Shown: positions 50,586-58,761, numbered from the stretch's first letter. The stretch: 64,000 bases of DNA from an uncultured Christensenella sp. (GCA_949290565.1 CASESH010000018.1:1585-65584); one strand, 5' to 3'. Notes: a model not told the origin generated them from the sequence alone. Program-made: numbers and translations.

Positions 50586-50941
50586 ATTGAAAATCCCAAA
50601 AAAAGTTTTAATGTAGTCAAAGCAAGAAACAAAAAAGTTTACAAGCAAATGACTTAAATATTTTTAAAAGTTTTAGCCTAACAAACATATCACAATTAAA
50701 ATTTTGTTAAAGTCTTTTTAATTGTCAGTTTTGTTTAGTAAAACAAATAGAAATTAAAGTAATTTAGATATTTATAATAAAATATTTTTGCAAAAATATA
50801 AAAAATTAAAAATTCTTATATAAAACATTAACAACTATTTTTAATAAAGGCGTAATTTATTTATTGTTAAAGTTTTATTTATAAAGTCGTACAACTTATT
50901 TAGAAACAAAAATTATCGCTAAATTTTGTTTAATTTAAACT

Positions 50942-52465
50942 TTATCTATATAATCTTTTTTTACGCATAAGTTCTTTTGCAACTTTGTCCTTATGTTTTT
51001 CAAGGTAAGTTTTAGGTCTAGCGTGAGGACTAGGTTTTGTCATAAGATAATATCTAAGTTCATCAAGGCAGTGGTCATCTTTTTTGACAGGCGTGTCGCC
51101 ACTCGACCAAAAATATGTTTTAAATTCTCTAATTAGATTAGTACAACAAGAAAAAATAAACAATCTAGCACGACCATTTGAATTTTTAATGTAAGACTTA
51201 ACCTGAGCAATTCCGGAAAACAAATCTTTATTTACTTTTGTATTCACAGCAATTCCCCTTTCATAAAATAGTTCGGCAACGCTTTTAACACCATTCAAAG
51301 TTCTTTGCCCGGCAGCGCTGTCAATAAGCGCCTCGTAATAACCCATATTGTTAGTGGGCCAATTTAAACTTTTACAAATGTTTTTTATTTTTTCAGCGTG
51401 ATAGTCAATGTCCTTACCTGCCTCAAAGTGCTCTTTTATAACATAAACATTTCCATCATAGTCAACGCAATACCAATGGCAAGCAAGAGGATTATTTAGT
51501 CCTGGGTCAATAGAAATTCCATCGTACCAATCGCTTGGAACATTAAACGGTTGAATAACATTAACTCTGTCGTCAAACTCTTTATAAACAAGTCCTTGGC
51601 TACCCGAAAACCTTCCATACTTTCTGGCATCGAGGTCATCAGTTGAGAGAGAGTTTTCAAAGAATTCAATCTCCTTCTCATCAAGGAAAGGGTTGTCGTT
51701 CCAATCCATTTGAATAAACCAAACCTCAGGGTTGTTTTTTTGATTTAAGAAAATCTCATCATAAACCCAACTCAAACCTTTTAAAGGAGTCATAGTACCA
51801 AAGAGTTCCCCCTTTTTATCAAGAACTCTCATTCGACATTCGAGATAAATGTCGTAACTAGGCTCCTCGTCAAACCAAACAAAATCTAAACTAGTTCCCT
51901 GGAATTTTTCACGACCTTGGTCGCAACTTTTAAACCCTATTGTGCTAGTCGAACCAAAAACATTTTTAATAAGGATATAATCAATAATACCATTTTCTGG
52001 GCTGTCTTTTTTACCTGAAAGCATAACAATTTCCTCAATCCAAAGAGGATTTAGATATTGCAAAATTTTTTTTTGAGCAACATCTCTTTGGACCTGTTTT
52101 GAAAGACTAACTACCCAGCCACTAACCGGGCCCTTATTATTTCTAAAAGGATGAATTCCCCTTGCTAAAAAAATAACCTCAACAGCACCACATTCAGTCT
52201 TGCCCGTTCTGTTGCCACCAAAAACCCACCTATTACGTTTTAAGCACTTGTGGAACTCCATTTGCTTTAAATGAACTTTTTCACCTGTATTGTAAGAAGC
52301 AAGTTTGTCAAAACGCTTTCTACTTTCGATTTCGCCATCAATTAAACCTAATTCCAAAACAGTTTTATAAAAAGAAGAACCGTTTTTTAAACCAAAAGCC
52401 GACTTACGATATCTTTTTTCAACTTCCAAAGCCACCAAAGTCAGCCTAGCAACTTCATCTCTCAT
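50942..52465 (-). CDS. terL: phage terminase large subunit
   Basis: Approx 507 aa from the ATG at 52465 (RBS AAAGGTGG). Walker A-like GGNRTGKTECGA, Walker B DFVWFDEEP, and the C-terminal nuclease motif DDHCLDELRY. Confidence 0.85.
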   Translation of the reverse strand: MRDEVARLTLVALEVEKRYRKSAFGLKNGSSFYKTVLELGLIDGEIESRKRFDKLASYNTGEKVHLKQMEFHKCLKRNRWVFGGNRTGKTECGAVEVIFLARGIHPFRNNKGPVSGWVVSLSKQVQRDVAQKKILQYLNPLWIEEIVMLSGKKDSPENGIIDYILIKNVFGSTSTIGFKSCDQGREKFQGTSLDFVWFDEEPSYDIYLECRMRVLDKKGELFGTMTPLKGLSWVYDEIFLNQKNNPEVWFIQMDWNDNPFLDEKEIEFFENSLSTDDLDARKYGRFSGSQGLVYKEFDDRVNVIQPFNVPSDWYDGISIDPGLNNPLACHWYCVDYDGNVYVIKEHFEAGKDIDYHAEKIKNICKSLNWPTNNMGYYEALIDSAAGQRTLNGVKSVAELFYERGIAVNTKVNKDLFSGIAQVKSYIKNSNGRARLFIFSCCTNLIREFKTYFWSSGDTPVKKDDHCLDELRYYLMTKPSPHARPKTYLEKHKDKVAKELMRKKRLYR

Positions 52466-52900
52466 TAAAACCACCTTTTCGACAAAAGAAGTATATTTTG
52501 CTAAAAATAGAAAAGTTAAAATAAACTATCAAAAGAAAATAATTACTAAAATACAAAAACATAAAATAAATTCTTTCTCTAAAATTAAAAACAAATTTTT
52601 AAACAAATTCTTAATCTCTATTAAATTTATTTAAACACAACTTTTTAAAACAATTAAATGACTAAAACACCTATAAATGTAAACAATTATAATAAAAGCC
52701 AATTTGCAAAAACACAAATCGACTTTTTGTAACTTTCAAAACTTTAATATTAAGAACTTTATTATTAAAATACTTAAAAATTAAAATGATTAAATTAGAT
52801 TAACAATAACTCAAAATCATTATGTTAAATGTAATAAATAAATTTGTATATTATATAAAAAATAGATTTACAAAACACAAATAAATTTTATTATTTAAAA

Positions 52901-53000
52901 AGTTTTATTAAGTTTATTTAACTTTTGTTAAGTTTTGTTAAGTTTAATAAAGTTATATTAGGTTTTGTTAACTTTTGTTAAGTTTTGTTAAGTATTTTAT
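52901..53000 (-). repeat. 10-bp phased tandem array C (10 units; AGTTTTGTTA type on + strand)
   Basis: Read directly: AGTTTTATTA AGTTTATTTA ACTTTTGTTA AGTTTTGTTA AGTTTAATAA AGTTATATTA GGTTTTGTTA ACTTTTGTTA AGTTTTGTTA AGTATTTTAT. It ends 5 nt before the AGGAGG RBS of the + strand gene. Confidence 0.9.
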
Positions 53001-53016
53001 TTTACAGGAGGTCAAA

Positions 53017-53808
53017 TTGAAAAAATTTTTACCAATCTTAATTGTCTTTTCGCTCATTTGCCTATTTATTGATACAAATTCGGTCAAGGCAAAATACACT
53101 AACTATGTTTATGCCAGAGTGCAAACAAGCGGAGTTTACTTATACAAATCGACCAATCCAACTCCCCAAAATTCATATTTTGAAATCCCGGCAACATATT
53201 TTGTATTACTCCTTTCCAACTATGACGCAAACTTTTACAAAGCACAATATAGAGATTATGTAGGCTATGTTCTTAAAAAAGAAGTAACGCCTGTTAACGA
53301 AACTCCACAAACTCCATTTTTAGAGACTCAAACATTTAGAGTTTACTCATCGGACGGAACAGGAATAAAATCAAGCCCGTTTGATAATGGAATAGTAATA
53401 GGTCAAGTAAAAGAACTAGAAGAAATAAACTATTATGGAAGCATAATAGGTCGAGAAGAAATAGACAAGCGAGGTAGTGTATGGGCATATGGCAAGACAT
53501 CAAATGGACAAGCAGGTTATTTTTATTGCGGTCTAATTGATGGACTAGAAAACATACCAATAAACACTGAAAGCACTACAATACTAGAAAATCCGTTTGA
53601 GGAAAATTCAAGCGACTACCTATACAACCTAGTTGATATAACTCCAATAGTAAAAATACTTATCATAGGACTAGTAACTATTCCGGCGATAGCAATATTA
53701 TGGCTAATATTTTTACCGAATACAAAACGACTTAAACCTAAGGGGATAAAAGTTAGTAAACCCCAAACTATTAAACAAATACAAGATTATAATGATGACT
53801 TATTATAA
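53017..53808 (+). CDS. secreted, C-terminally membrane-anchored protein with two SH3b-like repeats
   Basis: Start corrected to TTG at 53017 (AGGAGG at 53006-53011, 5-nt spacer); the track start at 52975 lies inside array C. Signal peptide KKFLPILIVFSLICLFIDTNSVKA. Two segments ending in ..FYKAQYRDYVGYVLKKEV and ..SNGQAGYFYCGLI resemble SH3b. C-terminal TM ILIIGLVTIPAIAILWLIFL. It is one of only two protein-coding genes (with sigK) and three features (with rnpB) on the + strand. Confidence 0.7.
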   Translation: MKKFLPILIVFSLICLFIDTNSVKAKYTNYVYARVQTSGVYLYKSTNPTPQNSYFEIPATYFVLLLSNYDANFYKAQYRDYVGYVLKKEVTPVNETPQTPFLETQTFRVYSSDGTGIKSSPFDNGIVIGQVKELEEINYYGSIIGREEIDKRGSVWAYGKTSNGQAGYFYCGLIDGLENIPINTESTTILENPFEENSSDYLYNLVDITPIVKILIIGLVTIPAIAILWLIFLPNTKRLKPKGIKVSKPQTIKQIQDYNDDLL

Positions 53809-53990
53809 TAAGATAAATCTTAGCCTTAAAAAATAATAAATTTTAGTAAATTTTACGGTTTTATATTAAGAAGTTTTTAATTAGAAATAAAATATATAAG
53901 TCAAATATAAAATTTATACTCTATATTAATTATTTATATTTATAAGTTGAATAAAAATAATTTATTAATTATCTAGGCTAAAAAATATTA

Positions 53991-54150
53991 AGTTTTATTA
54001 AGTTTTGTTAACTTTATTTAACTTTTGTTAAGTTTTTTTAACTTTTGTTAAGTTTTTTTAACTTTTGTTAAGTTTTGTTAAGTTTCGTTAAGTTTTGTTA
54101 ATTTTATTAAGTTTTGTTAAGTTTTGTTAAGTTTTGTTAAGTTTAATAAA
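53991..54150 (-). repeat. 10-bp phased tandem array D (16 units; AGTTTTGTTA type on + strand)
   Basis: Read directly. It includes a 20-bp doublet ACTTTTGTTAAGTTTTTTTA x2 (54021-54060). There is a single 9-bp unit near 54101, after which the register shifts by one. Confidence 0.92.
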
Positions 54151-54828
54151 CTTTTTTTAATAATTATTTTATAACTTTACTATAAATAGTTAAAGTAAAA
54201 ACAAATTAAGTAAAAGGAAACTAGCAAAATATAATTTCTTTTAATCATAATAATAAAGAATGTTAAAATTAAAAAATTCCAACAAACAAATAAAAACAAA
54301 ATAAATATTAACTAAAATATTTTTAGAAAACATATAAATTGTTTTATTTTTAGTACTAAAATAAGTAAGAATTAGCACTAAAAAAATCTAAATTACTTTA
54401 TACCCTTTTTTAAACTTATGATTGAATAATATAAAAGAAATTAAAGATAAAATAATTTCTTTGATATAAATTGAACAATTCCAAAACAATTTAGAAAAAC
54501 TACAAATAAATTTATAAGAATTAATGAAATCAACAATTTGTAAATTTTAAATACCAAATATAAATATATTAAAACAACCTAAACAAGCAACAAAATAAGA
54601 AAATAACTTATGAGAAATTAAAGTGTTGAGGATTAATTAATCAAAAGAAAGTAATAAAAAACAAATAAATAAAAATAAAAAACTAAAAAATTTGCTTAAT
54701 TAAGTATTAATAATAAAAATATAAAAAGTAATTTAAAAAGAAATAAAAGCAAGTGAACAAATCATTATAAAAACAAATTGATAAAAATTAATACTTATAA
54801 AAATAGTAATTCATAATAAAAAAATGAA

Positions 54829-55464
54829 TTAATTGAACTTTCTAAGTTTGTTAATAATAAGACCGCACAAATAATCTCTATCATTTTTGAGCAGTCTTCC
54901 CTCGCTGTCATCAACACAAGCCCTATTAACCCTCTGCAAAATGTCGCTAAGAAAATTATCGCTGAAAACCTTTTGAGAGTTAGAGCAATTAGAGAGATTT
55001 TTAGAAAGTACTCTTTGGAAACGTTCGAGAGCAATCATAAGTTTTCTAAAAAAGGTTCTACGGTCCATATTAAAGAGAGCCGGGCAACTGCTAGAAGGAA
55101 TATTGTCAACATACCTAGCCATTAAGAGTTGAACGTAGTCAGATTTAAGTTCGGCGAGAGATTTATCGACAATACATTTAAAATTAAGTAAGTTGATTTT
55201 TTGCTGTTCAAGAAGAATAATCCCATCTGCTAAATCATAAAGAGTAAGACTCGAAGGCAAAATCATAGAATTAGAAGCCCTTGAAAGAACAAGTTTATCA
55301 ATCGACTTAACCAAGTTAGGAACACAAGAATAAACCGAAAGAAAGGAACGACTCCAAGTTCTCAAAGCCTTCTTGTCAAAATTGTTAGGATTAAAATCAT
55401 TCATAAGGAATTGAGTTGAGTCAACAGCAAAATCATCACTTATATTTAAAAAATCAAATTTCAT
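54829..55464 (-). CDS. hypothetical protein, possible sigma-70 region-4-like / phage late-gene regulator
   Basis: 211 aa with a strong RBS (GGAGG 5 nt upstream). LSELKSDYVQLLMARYVDNIPSSSCPALFNMDRRTFFRKLMIALERF has the spacing of a sigma region-4 / DUF1492-type HTH. Weak, by eye only. Track ORF 54795..55034 overlaps out of frame and is spurious. Confidence 0.55.
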   Translation of the reverse strand: MKFDFLNISDDFAVDSTQFLMNDFNPNNFDKKALRTWSRSFLSVYSCVPNLVKSIDKLVLSRASNSMILPSSLTLYDLADGIILLEQQKINLLNFKCIVDKSLAELKSDYVQLLMARYVDNIPSSSCPALFNMDRRTFFRKLMIALERFQRVLSKNLSNCSNSQKVFSDNFLSDILQRVNRACVDDSEGRLLKNDRDYLCGLIINKLRKFN

Positions 55465-55524
55465 TTAAACCTCCATATTAAAAGCGCTCCCTATTAATAT
55501 AATACCGTAAAGATGACAAGGCGT

Positions 55525-55544
55525 GTCCACTTAAAAAAAAGTGG
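55525..55544. promoter_or_regulatory. inverted repeat TCCACTT-A6-AAGTGGA upstream of the regulator gene
   Basis: 7-bp arms at 55525-55531 and 55538-55544, 61 nt upstream of the 55464 start. Each arm contains a degenerate DnaA-box-like core (TGTCCAC / GTGGATA). Confidence 0.4.
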
Positions 55545-56243
55545 ATATTTTTCCCTGTCAATTAAATTCTCTCACATAAAAATGACAAAATCAATATTTA
55601 GTACACTTTTTTTTAAAAAAAATTTTTTTGGCAAAAAAACAAGCGCTCATAGAGTAATCATAAATTAAAAAAAGCAACAAATAAAAATGATTTTTTAAAA
55701 AAAAACTCACGAAAAAAAAATAGTGTAAAGAAAATGAAAGTTTTTGAAAGAATAAGAAAGATTTATAAAGATTATTATAAAAATAATTAACAAATATGTA
55801 GTTTTTTAAGAAAAAAATAAGAAATAATAAGAAAAAGTTTAAGTAATAAAATTTAAAAAAAGAAATTTATATTGTTAAGAAAATAAAAATTAAAAAATTA
55901 TATTGCTAAGAAAAAAATCATTAAAAAATATTTATTAAAAAAATGTTTTATAAACTATTGCAATTCCAACTGTATTAACTAAGAAACAAAAAATTAAAAA
56001 AGAACAAAACCAAAGTTGTAATTCTTCATATATAAAGGTTTTTACAACTTAATTTTTTCAAATTGTTTTCTAAAATTAATTTTATAAAAGTAAAAAAAAT
56101 AGTTATACAAACTTACTTCTAAGATTCAAAAAGTTTTAAATAGAGTAAAAATTTTTAGTTTAAAAGAGCAAGAATTAGTAATTTTAGTCTTTAACAAAAA
56201 AGTAAACAATTAAGTATTTAAAGTTAATATAAAGCCTAAAAAG

Positions 56244-56566
56244 TTATCCACAATAAAATGAAAACAAAAAAAGTGCTTATAATAAAGCACTTTAACATTA
56301 AATTAAGCAATGTTGTCCACAAAATCACATAATTTTAGCAATTTTTTCAAGAAAAAAGTAATAAAGAAAGTCATAAAAAGAAAAAAGTTGATTAAAAAGA
56401 AAAACTATAAAGAAACCAACAAAAAAGAATATCTACTAAAACTACTCTTTTAAAAAAAACTTAACTTAATAATAAATAAAACAAAAAAGAAAGAAATATA
56501 AAAGAAAGAAGTTGCAGTTTTTTAGCAAAAAATTGAATTCACAATAAATTAACAACTTTATCCACA
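56244..56566 (+). promoter_or_regulatory. cluster of three same-orientation DnaA boxes
   Basis: TTATCCACA at 56244-56252 (perfect), TTGTCCACA at 56312-56320 (one mismatch), and TTATCCACA at 56558-56566 (perfect). All lie in a 1.1-kb non-coding, extremely AT-rich spacer. Confidence 0.6.
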
Positions 56567-56579
56567 AAGGAAAACGAGA

Positions 56580-57236
56580 TTAAGCGAGTTTATCTTGCTC
56601 GACATTTAAAGAATTGATATTATCATCAAGCATACAAATTTTGTTGATAGAAATTTCGTAAGCGACTCTTGTTTCTACGCAGTCGTCATCTAACTTTTTT
56701 TGGTACTCCCTACTTTGAATACGACCTATAATACTAACTTTTTGACCGACAACAAAATTTTTTAAATATCTAGCATTTCTACCCCAAGCGATAGCAGGTA
56801 AATAATCTGACTTATTGTAAGACCTATTTACAGCAATAAGAACATCACAAATTTCACGACCGAAAGGCGTAGTTCTAAAAACGGGCTCTTTGCAAATAAA
56901 GCCACTAATTTCGACAAGATTTGGGTTCATAGAATAGTCAATCTCGACAACACTTCTAACAAAAACATTGAGAATAAGTTTACTTTTTCCATCTACAAAC
57001 TTGTTGTAACTTCTAAACTGACCCTGAACGGCCACAAGATTACCCACGACAAAAGAGTTATCGAGCAACTTTTCGCTAATAATGACAGGAATAGTGTCAA
57101 AATTATTAGACAATCTTTCGATATTAATAAAAACCTCATAGAAGCCTTCGCCAAAAGATTCGTGGCTAAAAACGGGCGCAGAAGCAACAGTACCTCTTAA
57201 AAAAACTTTGTTATTTTCCATCAATTCGTAATTCAT
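56580..57236 (-). CDS. tandem-OB-fold single-stranded DNA-binding-like protein
   Basis: 218 aa with RBS AAGGGAGA. Two SSB/PriB-like OB repeats: NKVFLRGTVASAPVF..VAVQGQFRSYN and NLVEISGFICKEPVFRTTPFGREICDVLIAVNRS..LPAIAWGRNARYL..VGQKVSIIGRIQSREYQ. No acidic C-terminal tip. Confidence 0.7.
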   Translation of the reverse strand: MNYELMENNKVFLRGTVASAPVFSHESFGEGFYEVFINIERLSNNFDTIPVIISEKLLDNSFVVGNLVAVQGQFRSYNKFVDGKSKLILNVFVRSVVEIDYSMNPNLVEISGFICKEPVFRTTPFGREICDVLIAVNRSYNKSDYLPAIAWGRNARYLKNFVVGQKVSIIGRIQSREYQKKLDDDCVETRVAYEISINKICMLDDNINSLNVEQDKLA

Positions 57237-57320
57237 TTTTTTCTCCCTTAAATTTAAAATAAAACGGACAAACGCCTAAACTTACAAACCCAACTAACAA
57301 GAAGATAAATAAACAAAAAC

Positions 57321-57410
57321 CTTATAAAACAGTCTAAAACTTAATAAATCTTAATTAAACTTAATAAAATAGTCTAAAACTTATTAAAACTTAATAAAAG
57401 TTAAGTAAAA
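57321..57410 (+). repeat. 10-bp phased tandem array E (9 units; CTTAATAAAA on + strand, with TAGTCTAAAA variant)
   Basis: Read directly: CTTATAAAA CAGTCTAAAA CTTAATAAAT CTTAATTAAA CTTAATAAAA TAGTCTAAAA CTTATTAAAA CTTAATAAAA GTTAAGTAAAA. Confidence 0.88.
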
Positions 57411-57533
57411 ATTTATTAAATTATTATATTTAATTAATCAAAATTAAAAAGTTCTAGCATAATAAAGTTAAAAAATAGATATAAGTCTTATTAAAAATTA
57501 GTTTAAAATACATTATAAACAAACAATTTAATA

Positions 57534-58319
57534 CTACTTAGCAATTTGTTTACCCGTATGGTCAATATAAAAATCAGATTTTAAAAGCAAATCGCTAATT
57601 TTAACAAATTCAAAGCCTCTACTTTTTAAAGTGGTAAGCACGCTAGGCAAATAGTCTAAAACATAATCAGCATTATTGTGGCACAAGATAATTGAACCCG
57701 AACCAACCTTAGTAATAATATTGCTAATAACTTTTTCAGACGAGATATTTTTCCAATCGCAAGAGTCAACATTCCATTGAACAGTTTGCAAATTAAGACT
57801 TTCAGCAGTAGAAATAACATTGTTGTTATAAGCGCCAAAAGGAGCACGGAATAAAGTAACAGGCTGATTAGTAATTCTTTGAATTTTTTCCATAGAAGTT
57901 TCAAGTTCTAGTTGAATTTGAGAAGTTGAGAGTTTAGTCAAATCAGGGTGAGTATTACTATGAGTACCAATTTCCATACCATAATTAAAAATAGTTCTAG
58001 TAAGTTCGGGGTATTTGTCAACCCAGATACCAACCAAGAAGAAAGTGGCCTTAACATCAAATTGTTCCAAAATTTTTAAGATGCCCTCAGTTTTATCGGC
58101 GCCCCAAGAAGCATCAAAAGAAATGGCAATTTGATTGCTAGAATTGTCAACACAGTAAACAGGAAGTTTTCTATTTGAGTTAGACAAAAATACACTAGCA
58201 AGAGGAGCCTCTCCACCGAGCGAAGAACAAAGAAGAATAAGTACCAAAGTTAGAAGAACAACTAACTTAATGGTCTTGCTAGAAAAACTTAAAAAAACTA
58301 TCTTACCCTGCCTTTTCAT
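57534..58319 (-). CDS. polysaccharide deacetylase (NodB/CE4), PdaB-like
   Basis: N-terminal TM/signal sequence, then ISFDASWG (the PdaB-type FD.SWG in place of TFDDG), GTHSNTHPD and LFRAPFG. Start set to ATG at 58319; the track uses TTG at 58331. Confidence 0.85.
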   Translation of the reverse strand: MKRQGKIVFLSFSSKTIKLVVLLTLVLILLCSSLGGEAPLASVFLSNSNRKLPVYCVDNSSNQIAISFDASWGADKTEGILKILEQFDVKATFFLVGIWVDKYPELTRTIFNYGMEIGTHSNTHPDLTKLSTSQIQLELETSMEKIQRITNQPVTLFRAPFGAYNNNVISTAESLNLQTVQWNVDSCDWKNISSEKVISNIITKVGSGSIILCHNNADYVLDYLPSVLTTLKSRGFEFVKISDLLLKSDFYIDHTGKQIAK

Positions 58320-58740
58320 AATACACCCCAAGCGAATAAAAATTTTGACAACAAATGTAGCAAAAAGACTAAAAAACTGAGAAATAAAAATTAAAATAAA
58401 TAAATAATTTGTTTAAAAGAGATTAAAAATTAAGAATATCTTAAATCTTAAAATATTAAATTAAAACAAATCAAACAAGCATTAAAAAAACTAATAAATA
58501 TATGTAAAATTAAAAAAGAAAAAGAATTAAATAAAAAATTTTTTAGAATATTTTGCTAACATTTATTCAAAAAATTACAAGACAAATTTTTAAAAATAAG
58601 TCTTAATAAAAGATATTCAGTTATAATTAAAAAAATGAGTATGACAAGAAAATAAATATAAAATCAAATGTAAAAATATAAGTAAACTAATTAATTATAA
58701 ACTTAAATTAAACAATAATTAGATAAATAAAAAAGAAAAA

Positions 58741-58761
58741 AGATAGACAAAATTTCTATCT
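58741..58761. terminator. bidirectional-looking hairpin terminator beyond array F
   Basis: AGATAGA-caaaatt-TCTATCT, followed by T-runs on both strands (TTTTTCT on +, TTTTTCTTTTTT on -). On the minus strand it comes after parC and array F. Confidence 0.5.

Larger units (their letters stand above)
42232..55464 (-). mobile_element. cryptic prophage-like / domesticated capsid-and-packaging island (may extend to 57236 including the SSB-like gene and DnaA boxes)
   Basis: Co-linear order: regulator, terL, TerS-like ORF, portal, scaffold, capsid, three unknowns, holin pair, terminator. No integrase, repressor, replication enzymes, tail tube/tape measure or endolysin was recognised, and no flanking att-like direct repeat was found by eye. 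Confidence 0.55.

Noticed and set aside
52975-53016. Track start (TTG 52975) of the + strand ORF
   Set aside because: The first 14 codons are simply array C read in frame (MLSFVKYFILQEVK). A TTG with a perfect AGGAGG RBS at 53017 starts a clean signal peptide.
56244-56566. Chromosomal oriC at the DnaA-box cluster
   Set aside because: There is no dnaA/dnaN/rpmH nearby. Genes on both sides stay on the minus strand, and the + strand remains visibly C>G at both window ends (spot counts only), so there is no sign of a replication-strand switch here. It is kept as a finding only as an element origin or regulatory DnaA-box cluster.
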